From positions 3,797,197 to 3,861,196 of the forward strand of contig NZ_JACBZT010000001.1 of NCBI RefSeq assembly GCF_013408985.1: a stretch of DNA of 64,000 bases, written 5' to 3'. A program made the position numbers and the translations under genes. The stretch's first letter is position 1. The number at the start of each line of letters is the position of its first letter. Source of the DNA: Petropleomorpha daqingensis (lineage in GTDB: Bacteria > Actinomycetota > Actinomycetes > Mycobacteriales > Geodermatophilaceae). Shown one piece after another: positions 19,078-27,935 of the stretch. The notes under the pieces were generated by a model. That model had not been told where the DNA came from, ran no database searches, and saw only the letters and a list, made by a program, of their open reading frames with translations.

Positions 19078-19416
19078 CTAACGGGGCTGCCTGGGGTTGC
19101 TCGGGTCGCCGTGGGACGGCGGGTTGAGCGCCGGACCGGTGGTCGCCTCGGAGACCTTGGAGCCGCCGGCCGCGTGCTCGGGGGCCTCGGACGTGACGTC
19201 GGCAGCCGGGTCGCCGCCGGAGGGCTGCGCGCCGGACTGCAGCGAGCTGAGCCGGTGGCGCATGATCTCCACGGCCTGCAACCGGTTGCCGTGCGACTTC
19301 TCGTAGTCCAGCAGCGTCTGCACACCGTCCGCGTCCAGCGTGCGGATGCGCGACGCGAGCCCGCCGATCGGCAGGTGGTCGTAGTCGGGCAGGGGCAGCT
19401 GATCGTGCTCGGTCAT
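19078..19416 (-). CDS. hypothetical protein (~112 aa), Pro/Gly-rich C-terminal tail
   Basis: ATG start at 19416. Conserved-looking N-terminal region (DYDHLPIGGLASRIRTLDADGVQTLLDYEKSHGNRL). Convergent with tadC. Confidence 0.45.
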   Translation of the reverse strand: MTEHDQLPLPDYDHLPIGGLASRIRTLDADGVQTLLDYEKSHGNRLQAVEIMRHRLSSLQSGAQPSGGDPAADVTSEAPEHAAGGSKVSEATTGPALNPPSHGDPSNPRQPR

Positions 19417-19490
19417 GCCGGACCGCCTACCCGTCGCCCGGGGATCCGACACCGGGTGTGAGGGTGCGGTCGCTGGGTAGGCGGCCAGCC

Positions 19491-20627
19491 ATGGACCTGT
19501 CCTTCCTGGAACCCGTGTTCACCAGTTCCGGTCCCTACGCCACGGTCTGCGCCGACGTCACGCACACGACGGCGACCGCCGACACCGAGCTGGACCTGCG
19601 CGTCCGGGCGGTCGCCCAGAAGCTCACCGAGCAGGGCGCGCCGGAGGTGGTCGTCGAGGCGGTGCGCGGCCGCCTGCTCGAGGGCAACGAGGGCGGTGTG
19701 GCCGGCACCTGGCGGGGCCGGGCGGTCGTGGCAGCCGCCGACGGCACGGTGGTGCTGGACCAGCCGCTGGTCGACCAGCCCCGGCAGGAGCTCGCGGAGT
19801 GGTCGCCGCAGCCGGCGCTGCTGCCGGTGCTCACCCAGCTGCCCGGCCGGGTCCCGCACGCGGTCGTGGTCATGGACCGCGTCGGCGCCGACATCACGGT
19901 CAGCGGTCTGGACGGCGAGGTGGAGCAGGAGGACGTCGACGGCGAGACGTTCCACCTCCGCAAGGTCAAGGTCGGCGGCTGGGCGCACGACCACTGGCAG
20001 AACAGCGCCGAGGAGCTGTGGGACCGCAACGCCGGTCAGGTCGCCGACTCGATCTCCTCCTACGCCCGCCGGCAGGGGCTGGACTTCGTGCTCGTCGCGG
20101 GCGACGTCCGCGCCCGGCAGCACCTGCTGGAGAACGCCGGGGACTCGTGGAAGGACGTCGTCGTCCAGATCGAGGAGGGCGGCCGCGCGGCCGGCGCCGA
20201 CCGGGAGCCGATCGAGCGCCGCGAGGCGGAGCTGGTCGCCGAGCACGAGGCGCACGCCGAGGCCCGGGCGGTCGAGCGGATCGAGGCGGCCTCCGCGCAC
20301 GGCCTGTCGGTCACCGGCACCTCGCTGGTGGTGGAGGCGCTGCGCAAGAACCAGGTGGAGACGCTCGTGCTCGCCGATCCGGTGGACGACGAGACGCTCT
20401 ACGTCGGCGGTTCGCCGCTGGAGCTCGGCGTCGACCAGGGCGATCTCGAGGCCCTCGGCTCGCGGGAGCGGCACGCCGTCCCGGCCGACCGGGCGCTCGT
20501 GGCCGCGGCCGTCGCGACCAAGGCCGACGTCGTCGTCTTGCCCCGTGCCGCGATGCCGGGGGACATCCCGGTCGCCGCCGTCCTGCGTTACACCGATGCC
20601 TCGACCCCGGGAGGGGCGAACGCGTGA
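19491..20627 (+). CDS. baeRF2 / eRF1-like (Vms1/Rv2629-family) protein
   Basis: Overall eRF1-like three-domain length with characteristic actinobacterial Rv2629-like sequence features. Start at ATG 19491. Confidence 0.65.
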   Translation: MDLSFLEPVFTSSGPYATVCADVTHTTATADTELDLRVRAVAQKLTEQGAPEVVVEAVRGRLLEGNEGGVAGTWRGRAVVAAADGTVVLDQPLVDQPRQELAEWSPQPALLPVLTQLPGRVPHAVVVMDRVGADITVSGLDGEVEQEDVDGETFHLRKVKVGGWAHDHWQNSAEELWDRNAGQVADSISSYARRQGLDFVLVAGDVRARQHLLENAGDSWKDVVVQIEEGGRAAGADREPIERREAELVAEHEAHAEARAVERIEAASAHGLSVTGTSLVVEALRKNQVETLVLADPVDDETLYVGGSPLELGVDQGDLEALGSRERHAVPADRALVAAAVATKADVVVLPRAAMPGDIPVAAVLRYTDASTPGGANA

Positions 20628-20854
20628 GCACGCAGAAGAAGCCGAGCCCCGAGGCGCTGGCCAACGTCACCGAGGAGAACATCGAGACCCGCTCGCAGCT
20701 GCTGCCGGAGGAGAAGCAGCTCCGCGGCAGCGGGATGGAGGAGGTCGCCGCCGAGGTGATCCTGGCCGAGTCCGAGGAGCGGACGGTCAACCCCGATCCG
20801 GACGACGCCCAGGGCGGGCACCGCCAGTCGTCGGACACGGCGGACCTGCCCTGA
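20624..20854 (+). CDS. small acidic hypothetical protein (~76 aa), translationally coupled to the baeRF2 gene
   Basis: GTGA start/stop overlap with the upstream gene. Acidic, Glu-rich sequence (LANVTEENIETRSQLLPEEKQLRGSGMEEVAAEVILAESEE). Confidence 0.35.
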   Translation: MSTQKKPSPEALANVTEENIETRSQLLPEEKQLRGSGMEEVAAEVILAESEERTVNPDPDDAQGGHRQSSDTADLP

Positions 20855-20874
20855 GCGAGGTCCACGACCACTGG

Positions 20875-21255
20875 GTGCAGCTGCGCTGGTCCGACCCCGA
20901 CTCGTACGGGCACGTCAACCACGCGCGGGCGCTCGGCCTGCTGGAGGACGCCCGGCTGGCGATGGCGGCCGGTTCGCCGTCGGTCGCCGCCGGGCGGCAG
21001 CCGGACATCATCCTGGCGAGGCTCGAGGTCGACTACCTGCGCCAGCTCTACTACCGGGCCGGCGAGCGGCTGTGCGTGCGCAGTTGGCTCACCCGGATCG
21101 GGACGAAGTCGCTGACCATGCGCCAGGAGCTGGTGCAGGACGACGAGGTGGCGATCCGCCTGGATGCCGTGCTCGTCGTCTTCGACGTCGCCGGCGACAG
21201 CTCCCGGCCGTTGACCGGCGAGGAGCGGAGCTTCTGGAAGCGCTACCTGGCATGA
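20875..21255 (+). CDS. acyl-CoA thioesterase, hotdog fold (4HBT family)
   Basis: RWSDPDSYGHVNHARAL motif typical of 4-hydroxybenzoyl-CoA thioesterase-like proteins. GTG start chosen at 20875. Confidence 0.65.
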   Translation: MQLRWSDPDSYGHVNHARALGLLEDARLAMAAGSPSVAAGRQPDIILARLEVDYLRQLYYRAGERLCVRSWLTRIGTKSLTMRQELVQDDEVAIRLDAVLVVFDVAGDSSRPLTGEERSFWKRYLA

Positions 21256-22133
21256 GCTTCTTCGACGGCTTCGAGCTCGGCCACGTCGACGTCGGCGAGG
21301 GCGTCCGGATCCGCTACCGGCGCGGCGGGGACGGGCCGCCGGTGGTGCTGCTGCACGGCCATCCGCGCACGCACACCACCTGGTACCGGGTGGCGCCGCA
21401 GCTGGTCGCGGCCGGGCACACCGTCGTCTGTCCCGACGTGCGCGGTTACGGCGGGTCGAGCGCACCACCGCCGGCGCCCGACCACGCCCAGGCGTCGAAG
21501 CGGGCGATGGCGCACGACGTGGTCGCGGTGCTGCGGGAGCTCGGGCACGAGCGGTTCGCCGTCGTCGGGCACGACCGCGGCAGCTACGTGGCGTTCCGGC
21601 TGGCGATGGACCACCCCGACGTCGCCACCCACCTGGCGGTGCTCGACAGCGTCCCGATCGGCGAGGCGCTGGCCCGCGCCGACGCCCGCTTCGCCGCCGC
21701 CTGGTGGCACTGGTTCTTCTTCGGGGCACCGGAGAAGCCGGATCGGGCGATCCTGGCCGATCCGCGGTCCTGGTACCTGCACGACCGCACGGCCATGGGG
21801 GAGGAGAACCACGACGACTTCCTGCGGGCGATCGACGACCCGGCCACCGTGGTCGCGATGATCGAGGACTACCGCGCCGGGCTCGGCGTCGACCGCGCCC
21901 ACGACGACGCCGACCGGGCGGCGGGCAGGCGGGTCCGCTGCCCGACCCTGGTGCTGTGGTCGGCGCGCGACGACATGGAGGAGCTGTACGGCGACCCGAC
22001 GAAGGTCTGGGCCGACTGGACGGCGGACCTCCGCGGCGGTGGCCGCATCGACAGCGGCCACCACATGGCCGAGGAGGCACCGGACGAGCTCGCCGCGGCG
22101 CTGGTCGAGTTCCTGCGTCCCCCGAAGGGCTGA
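21252..22133 (+). CDS. alpha/beta hydrolase (epoxide hydrolase / haloacetate dehalogenase-like)
   Basis: HGHPRTHTTW and GHDRGSYVAFRLA motifs (Asp nucleophile type). ATGA overlap with the thioesterase. Confidence 0.8.
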   Translation: MSFFDGFELGHVDVGEGVRIRYRRGGDGPPVVLLHGHPRTHTTWYRVAPQLVAAGHTVVCPDVRGYGGSSAPPPAPDHAQASKRAMAHDVVAVLRELGHERFAVVGHDRGSYVAFRLAMDHPDVATHLAVLDSVPIGEALARADARFAAAWWHWFFFGAPEKPDRAILADPRSWYLHDRTAMGEENHDDFLRAIDDPATVVAMIEDYRAGLGVDRAHDDADRAAGRRVRCPTLVLWSARDDMEELYGDPTKVWADWTADLRGGGRIDSGHHMAEEAPDELAAALVEFLRPPKG

Positions 22134-22174
22134 CCTGCGGGAATGACCGCGGGGTTCGCGGGTAGGCGACAGGC

Positions 22175-22603
22175 ATGCCGAAGACGACGAAGAGCGGGAC
22201 CGCGAAGAAGAGCGAGCTGCCCAGCACGCTCAAGCGCTCCCCGGCCAAGGCGCAGCGCACGTTCGCCAAGGCGCACGACTCCGCCGCGGACGAGTACGGC
22301 GACGAGCGGCGCGCGAACCAGGTCGCCTGGGCCGCGGTGAAGCACAGCTTCGAGAAGGTCGGCGACCACTGGGAGAAGAAGGGCAAGAAGGGCCCGTCGG
22401 ACGCCCAGGCCGCCGGTGGCCGGAACACGAACCGCAAGACCAAGGGCGGCGTCGACGCCAAGGCGTCCAAGGAGCACCTGCTCGACGTCGCCAAGCGGCT
22501 GTCGATCTCGGGCCGCTCGAAGATGAAGAAGACCGAACTCGTCGACGCCATCCAGAAGGCCAACGACAAGAAGACCGCGGACTCGCGCAAGAAGAAGAAG
22601 TAG
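22175..22603 (+). CDS. ChaB family protein with Rho-termination-factor N-terminal-like Lys-rich tail
   Basis: ChaB-like core (AAVKHSFEKVGDHWEKKG). Lys-rich C-terminus (KMKKTELVDAIQKANDKKTADSRKKKK). Followed by a strong hairpin. Confidence 0.7.
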   Translation: MPKTTKSGTAKKSELPSTLKRSPAKAQRTFAKAHDSAADEYGDERRANQVAWAAVKHSFEKVGDHWEKKGKKGPSDAQAAGGRNTNRKTKGGVDAKASKEHLLDVAKRLSISGRSKMKKTELVDAIQKANDKKTADSRKKKK

Positions 22604-22608
22604 CGCTC

Positions 22609-22654
22609 GAGCGGAGTGCCACGGGCGCGGGATCCGCGCCGTGGCACTCCGCTC
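22609..22654. terminator. bidirectional intrinsic-terminator-like hairpin (~21-bp GC stem) between convergent genes
   Basis: GAGCGGAGTGCCACGGGCGCGG-loop-CCGCGCCGTGGCACTCCGCTC. Sits between the stop of the ChaB gene and the stop of the M24 peptidase gene. Confidence 0.6.
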
Positions 22655-23963
22655 AGGCGCCGGGGATCAGGATCAGCTCGGTCTGCCGGCCGTCGAGGTA
22701 CTCCACGCCCGCGGCGGTGAGCGAGATGCCCTGCTCGAGCGCCATCCGCACCGTCTGCCCGCCCCACTCGGGCACGGGTGTGCGCACGCAGAGCTCCAGC
22801 GCGTAGACGGTGTCGAGGTGCAGCGGCCGGTCGCCGGCGCCCGGGACGCCGGTCTGCGCGTCCCACATGCCGATCGCCGGCCCGGCGGCGTGACCGTGGT
22901 AGCCGACCGGGTGCGAGTACACGTCGCCGTCCAGGCCGGCGGCAGCCGCAGTGGCGCGGGCCGCGGCGAGCACCTCGTTGCCGGTGCGGCCGGGGACCAT
23001 CGCCGCCGTCGTCACGTCCTGCATGCGGTTGCCGGCGGCCATGGCCGCTCGCAACCCGGCCGGGGCCTCGGTCTCGCCGGGGCGCAGCACGTAGGCGTTG
23101 CGCTGGGTGTCGGTGTTCAGCCCCAGGCTGGACAGGCCGACGTCGCAGTGCAGCAGGTCACCGGGCTCGATGACGGCGTCGTAGGGGACGGCGGGCAGCG
23201 TCGTCCCGCGCTCCTCGACCAGCGGGACGCCGGCCCGCTGCAGCCCGACGGTCGGCTGGAACCAGCCGTCGACGCCGAGGTCGGCGAACCGCTGCCGGAT
23301 CCACCAGGCCACGTCCAGCGCGGTCGAGGCGCCGACGGTGACGACGGCGGGGGAGAAGGCCTCGGCGATCACCTCGTGCGCGAGCCGGTTGAGCCCGTGC
23401 AGCACCGCGATCTCCTCGGGCAGCCGTGTCTCCAGCCAGCCGATGGCGAGCTCCTCGGCCGAGGTCAGCCGGTCGGCGTAGGGGCCGAGCGCGGCGCCCA
23501 GCAGCTCGTGCTCGGTGTGGGACAGGCCGTCGGCCAGCGCGAACTCGGCGGAGACGTCGACCCCGATCCGGCGCGGGTCGGCCTGCTCGACGATCCGGCG
23601 CACGACCGCCCACTGCGACTCCTCGGCGGGCACCCCGGCGTCCTCGTCGGGCGACCAGGCCGGCACGAACTGCCCGACCGGGTACCGCGAGACGGCGGCC
23701 GCGGTGACGCCGTCGTCGCTGCGGTGCAGCGCGAGGATCGTGCGGCGCCGGGCCGAGAGCCACGTGGCCGGCAGCAGCGTGGGCAGCACCGGGTCCTCGT
23801 TGTACTCACGGCCGATGACCAGCCACAGGTCGATGCCGGCGCGGTCCATCAGGGTGGGCAGCAGGTCGAGCAGCCGCTGGGTGAGCCAGCGGTCGCGGAC
23901 GTCGGCCTGCTCCCGCAACGGCAGGGGCACCGTGCGGGTGGGGTCGGGCGCCACGAGCGTCAT
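22653..23963 (-). CDS. M24 family metallopeptidase (Xaa-Pro aminopeptidase-like)
   Basis: Pita-bread fold hallmarks (HCDVG ... HPVGYHGH metal ligands). Start codon uncertain (ATG at 23963 chosen). Confidence 0.7.
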   Translation of the reverse strand: MTLVAPDPTRTVPLPLREQADVRDRWLTQRLLDLLPTLMDRAGIDLWLVIGREYNEDPVLPTLLPATWLSARRRTILALHRSDDGVTAAAVSRYPVGQFVPAWSPDEDAGVPAEESQWAVVRRIVEQADPRRIGVDVSAEFALADGLSHTEHELLGAALGPYADRLTSAEELAIGWLETRLPEEIAVLHGLNRLAHEVIAEAFSPAVVTVGASTALDVAWWIRQRFADLGVDGWFQPTVGLQRAGVPLVEERGTTLPAVPYDAVIEPGDLLHCDVGLSSLGLNTDTQRNAYVLRPGETEAPAGLRAAMAAGNRMQDVTTAAMVPGRTGNEVLAAARATAAAAGLDGDVYSHPVGYHGHAAGPAIGMWDAQTGVPGAGDRPLHLDTVYALELCVRTPVPEWGGQTVRMALEQGISLTAAGVEYLDGRQTELILIPGA

Positions 23964-24008
23964 GAGCACAGCGAAGCAGAGAACCGGCTGCTCCACCGGA
24001 CGAGCGGG

Positions 24009-25091
24009 CTAGGCGACGTCGCTGGCCGGCCTGTCGGCGTCGGCCGGGCAGGGCGGCGCTGGGTGCGGGACGAGCAGCGCGGCGACGCGGTCGCGGCCCT
24101 GCTGCTTGGCCTCGTACATCGCGGCGTCGGCGCGGTCGATCAGGCGCCAGAGGGCGTCGCGGGCGTTCTCGCCGTCGACCGGCCGGGTGAGCGCGACGCC
24201 GATCGAGGCGGTGACGGCGTGGCCGGCCTCGGTCCGGCTGGCGGCGACCGCGGCGCGCAGCCGCTCGGCCAGGCGGGCCGCCTCGGCGCCGTCGCCGACC
24301 AGGCCGAGCACGACCAGCTCCTCGCCGCCGGTGCGGGCCAGCACGTCGGTCGGCCGCACGCCGGCCGACAGCGCGCTCGACACCGCGCGCAGGACGGCGT
24401 CGCCGGCCGCGTGCCCGTGGGCGTCGTTGAGCCGCTTGAAGTGGTCGAGGTCGAGCACCATCGCCGCGACCCGGGTGCCGTCGCGGCGGGCCTGCCGCCA
24501 GATCCGCGGGGCCTGCTCGACCAGGTAGCGGCGGTTGTACAGCCCGGTGAGGGGGTCCTTCACCGACAGCGCCTGGGTCGCCTCGAGCAGCCGCTCCACC
24601 CGGCGGCGGAGCACGAAGACGCCGAGCGCGGCGGCGTTGAGCATCCCGGCGTTCACCACGACCTGGATGGCCAGTCCGGCGGGGTCGTCGTAGCTGCTCC
24701 ACATCGCGATCAGGACGGCGAGCGGGGTCACGACCAGGTTGACCGCGAACTCCCACGGCCCCAGGAACCAGGCCGCCACGAACGAGGCGAACAGCAGCAT
24801 GAGCGGCGTCGCGTACCGCAGCGGGTCGTCGACGCACAGCGCGACCACGACGTAGATGAGGTCGCCGAGCAGGACGAGGGCGAAGGTCTGCGGGCGGGTG
24901 GCCCGCCGGCGCGCGGCGAGCAGCACCGCGGCAAGCATGCAGAGCGCCATGGTCGTGCCGTAGAGCCAGCGCGGGCCGCCGCCGCGGATCATCCCGTCGA
25001 CGAACAGGTTGGCCGTGCCCATGAGGCCGCCGAGGAACAGCAGGACGGCGAGGGTCAGCGCAGCGACACGGTGTTCGGGGCCCCGGCTCAT
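24009..25091 (-). CDS. membrane-anchored GGDEF diguanylate cyclase
   Basis: Four to five N-terminal TM helices, then a GGDEF domain with a GGEEL active-site variant (RTGGEELVVL) and RYLVEQ / DHFKRLND motifs. Confidence 0.8.
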   Translation of the reverse strand: MSRGPEHRVAALTLAVLLFLGGLMGTANLFVDGMIRGGGPRWLYGTTMALCMLAAVLLAARRRATRPQTFALVLLGDLIYVVVALCVDDPLRYATPLMLLFASFVAAWFLGPWEFAVNLVVTPLAVLIAMWSSYDDPAGLAIQVVVNAGMLNAAALGVFVLRRRVERLLEATQALSVKDPLTGLYNRRYLVEQAPRIWRQARRDGTRVAAMVLDLDHFKRLNDAHGHAAGDAVLRAVSSALSAGVRPTDVLARTGGEELVVLGLVGDGAEAARLAERLRAAVAASRTEAGHAVTASIGVALTRPVDGENARDALWRLIDRADAAMYEAKQQGRDRVAALLVPHPAPPCPADADRPASDVA

Positions 25092-25274
25092 GAAGGCCAG
25101 GGCCGACCCGTGGTCCTCTGCTTGGCCCACTGTCACGGCAGCAGGATGCCGCATCTGCGGCGCCCTGCGGGCGAATGCGAGCGTCATCACACGTGTGGGG
25201 TACGCCCGGACGGCGTGTCACGGGGCACGCGCCGCCGGGCTGTGCGCCTCGCCGCGGGGTGCCAGGGTGAGGGC

Positions 25275-25757
25275 ATGTCGCACCCCGACCCCGCACTGGT
25301 CGACGTCCGGACCTTCGCGGTGCACCCGCTGGTGGACAACGGTCCGACCAGCTCGCTGCGCATGGTGGCGCCCGGTGCGGTGACCAAGGGGCGGTACGGG
25401 CTGGTCGAGTACCGGGTCGCGCCGCACTCGGCTGGTGCGGCACCGCACTACCACCAGACGTTCTCCGAGTCGTTCTACGTGCTCACCGGCGAGCTGACGA
25501 TCTACGCCGACGGCACGTGGCAGCCCTACCGGCCCGGCGACTTCGCGCTGGTGCACGAGACCGGCGTGCACGGCTTCCGCAACGACGGGGACGAGGAGAC
25601 CTCGTTCCTGATCCTGTTCGCGCCCGGGATCGCGCGGGAGAACTTCTTCGCCGAGATGGCGGAGCTGCGCAACAGCGGGCGCACGCCGGCGGACATGACC
25701 CCCGAGGCGCGCACGGCCTTCTACGCGAGGCACGACCAGGTCATGGTGGACGTCTGA
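25275..25757 (+). CDS. cupin domain protein
   Basis: Conserved two-His cupin motifs (PHYHQTFSESFYVLTGEL ... HGFRN). Only this C-terminal part of the giant 22641..25757 ORF is plausible. Confidence 0.65.
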   Translation: MSHPDPALVDVRTFAVHPLVDNGPTSSLRMVAPGAVTKGRYGLVEYRVAPHSAGAAPHYHQTFSESFYVLTGELTIYADGTWQPYRPGDFALVHETGVHGFRNDGDEETSFLILFAPGIARENFFAEMAELRNSGRTPADMTPEARTAFYARHDQVMVDV

Positions 25758-25826
25758 GCGCGGGCGGGGAGAGCCACGGGTACGTTCCGCTGGGACGTGC
25801 CGTTTCGATGGGTTGGGAGGCTGTCC

Positions 25827-26012
25827 ATGGCCGAGCAGGGGCCCTGGTTCTACTGCCTGAAGCACCACACGGTGGAGACGCGGGACGGGTGCGCGGAACG
25901 GCACCGGCTGGGGCCGTACGCCACCCGCGAGGAGGCCGAGCACGCGCTGCAGTCGGTCGCCGACCGCGAGCAGAAGCTGAGCGCCGAGGACCGCGCCTGG
26001 GAGGGCGACTGA
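25827..26012 (+). CDS. small conserved hypothetical protein (61 aa)
   Basis: GGGAGG ribosome-binding site 6 nt upstream of ATG. Sequence MAEQGPWFYCLKHHTVETRDGCAERHRLGPYATREEAEHAL. Confidence 0.45.
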   Translation: MAEQGPWFYCLKHHTVETRDGCAERHRLGPYATREEAEHALQSVADREQKLSAEDRAWEGD

Positions 26013-26046
26013 CCGGTTCCCAGGATCGTCTGGGCAGAATCGGCGT

Positions 26047-26742
26047 GTGACGGACGGACGCGCGGTCGAGGAGCTGGTCGTCGGGGTCATCGGCGGCACC
26101 GGGCCCCAGGGCCGCGGGCTGGCGGTGCGGCTGGCGGCGGCGGGGCAGCGGATCCTGCTGGGGTCGCGCGACGCCGAGAAGTGCTCTCGGATCGCCGCCG
26201 AGGTGGCGGAGCGGGCGACGTCGGCGGCCGGGGGCGCCGAGGTCTCGGTCACCGGCGGGGCGAACGTCGACGTCGCCGGCGCCGCCGACCTGGTGATCGT
26301 GGCGGTCCCGTACGCCGGGCACGCCAACATCGTGCGCGAGCTCGCCGAACCGCTCGCGGGCAAGATCGTCGTCGACTGCGTCGTCCCCATGGGCTGGGAC
26401 GAGCTCGGTGCCTACGCGATCGACGTGCCCGAGGGCAGCGCCGCCCAGCAGGCGGCCGCCCTGCTGCCGGACTCGAACGTGGTCGGCGCGTTCCACCACC
26501 TGTCGGCCACGCTGCTGGAGGACCTGTCGAAGCCGACCCTCGACGGCGACGTCATGGTGGTCGGCGACGACCGCGCCGCGATGGACACCGTGCAGGCGCT
26601 GGCCGGCCGGCTGCCCGGCATGCGCGGCATCTACGCCGGGCGGCTGCGCAACGCCCGCCAGGTCGAGGCGCTCACCATCAACCTCGTGTCGGTGAACCGC
26701 CGCTACAAGGCGCACGCCGGGATCAGGGTCACCGACGTCTGA
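26047..26742 (+). CDS. npdG: NADPH-dependent F420 reductase
   Basis: Rossmann GxGxxG (VIGGTGPQGRGLA) and family-typical length and sequence (VAVPYAGHANIVREL). Confidence 0.8.
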   Translation: MTDGRAVEELVVGVIGGTGPQGRGLAVRLAAAGQRILLGSRDAEKCSRIAAEVAERATSAAGGAEVSVTGGANVDVAGAADLVIVAVPYAGHANIVRELAEPLAGKIVVDCVVPMGWDELGAYAIDVPEGSAAQQAAALLPDSNVVGAFHHLSATLLEDLSKPTLDGDVMVVGDDRAAMDTVQALAGRLPGMRGIYAGRLRNARQVEALTINLVSVNRRYKAHAGIRVTDV

Positions 26743-26800
26743 GCGGGTCGTCTCCCTCGTCCCGTCGCTGACCGAGGCGGTCGCGGCGACGGCGCCGTCG

Positions 26801-27451
26801 GTGCTGGTCGGCGCCACCGACTGGTGCACGCACCCGGCCGGCCTCGACGTGGTCCGGGTCGGTGGCACCAAGTGGCCGAACCTGGAGCGGGTGCTCGCGC
26901 TCGAGCCGGATCTCGTGATCGCCAACGCCGAGGAGAACCGGCCCGAGGACGTCGAGGCGCTGCGGGAGGCCGGCGTCCGGGTCTGGGTCAACGCGCCGGC
27001 CACCGTCGAGCAGGCGCTCGAGTCGCTCGGCCGGTTGTGCGCGCTGCTCGGCGCGCCGGACCCGCCGTGGCTGCTCGCCGCCCGCGCCGCCTGGACCGAC
27101 CCGCCGATGGTGGCGCCGGTGCGCGCCGTCGTCCCGATCTGGCGGCGGCCGTGGATGGTGCTCGGGCGGGACACCTTCGCCGGCGACGTGCTGGCCCGGC
27201 TCGGCGTCCGCAACGTGTTCGCCGGCGCCGCCGACCGCTACCCGAAGCTGGCGCCGGGGGAGCTCGCCGCCGTCGAGGCCGACCTCGTCGTGCTGCCCGA
27301 CGAGCCGTACGCGTTCGGCCCGGACGACGGACCCGAGGCCTGGCCGCAGGCCCGGCCGGCGTTCGTCAGCGGCCGGCACCTGACCTGGTACGGCCCGTCG
27401 CTGACCGAGGCGCCGGCGCTGCTCGTCGCACAGCTCGAGGGCGCAGACTGA
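26801..27451 (+). CDS. helical-backbone metal receptor / BtuF-like periplasmic binding protein (possibly N-terminally truncated or non-canonical start)
   Basis: Family-like sequence, and similarity in the same frame appears to continue upstream (RVVSLVPSLTEAV) without any ATG/GTG/TTG start. Confidence 0.55.
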   Translation: MLVGATDWCTHPAGLDVVRVGGTKWPNLERVLALEPDLVIANAEENRPEDVEALREAGVRVWVNAPATVEQALESLGRLCALLGAPDPPWLLAARAAWTDPPMVAPVRAVVPIWRRPWMVLGRDTFAGDVLARLGVRNVFAGAADRYPKLAPGELAAVEADLVVLPDEPYAFGPDDGPEAWPQARPAFVSGRHLTWYGPSLTEAPALLVAQLEGAD

Positions 27452-27455
27452 CCTC

Positions 27456-27935
27456 GTGCTGCTGGCCGGGCTGGTCGCGGCGGTGCACGGCGCCGCCGTC
27501 GTCTTCATGCTGGTCGGCTCGCTGCTCGCGCTGCGCCGGCCCCGGCTGATCTGGATCCACGCACCGGTCGCCCTGGCGATCCTCGCGATCAACCTGGCGG
27601 GGGCGCCGTGCCCGCTGACCCGCTGGGAGCTCCGGCTGCGCGGCGGCGCCGGGTACTCCGGCGGGTTCCTGGAGCACTACGTCTTCGCACCGCTCGGCCT
27701 GGACGTGCACAGCGCGGTCGTCCAGGTCGGGATGTACACCGTGGCGCTCGGCCTCAACGTCCTCGGCTACGGGCTGCTCATCGCCCGGGCACGCGAGCGG
27801 CGAGCTGCTCGAGCACCGGCACCACCTCGGTCGGGTGCGGCATCGCCGCCATCTCCGCCGCCACCTCCCGCGCCGCCGCGGTCAGCGCCGCGTCGCTCAC
27901 CAGCCGCTCCAGCAGCGCGGGGGAGAGGTCGCTGA
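27456..27935 (+). CDS. DUF2784-like small membrane protein
   Basis: Three to four hydrophobic helices. The Pro/Ala-rich C-terminal tail overlaps the convergent glycosyltransferase gene, so the true stop is uncertain. Confidence 0.5.
   Translation: MLLAGLVAAVHGAAVVFMLVGSLLALRRPRLIWIHAPVALAILAINLAGAPCPLTRWELRLRGGAGYSGGFLEHYVFAPLGLDVHSAVVQVGMYTVALGLNVLGYGLLIARARERRAARAPAPPRSGAASPPSPPPPPAPPRSAPRRSPAAPAARGRGR

Noticed and set aside
20311-22866. 851-aa minus-strand ORF
   Set aside because: Antisense to three well-supported plus-strand genes (thioesterase, alpha/beta hydrolase, ChaB).
22641-25274. Giant 1038-aa plus-strand ORF
   Set aside because: Only the last ~160 aa (cupin) look like protein. 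The rest is antisense to the M24 peptidase and GGDEF genes.
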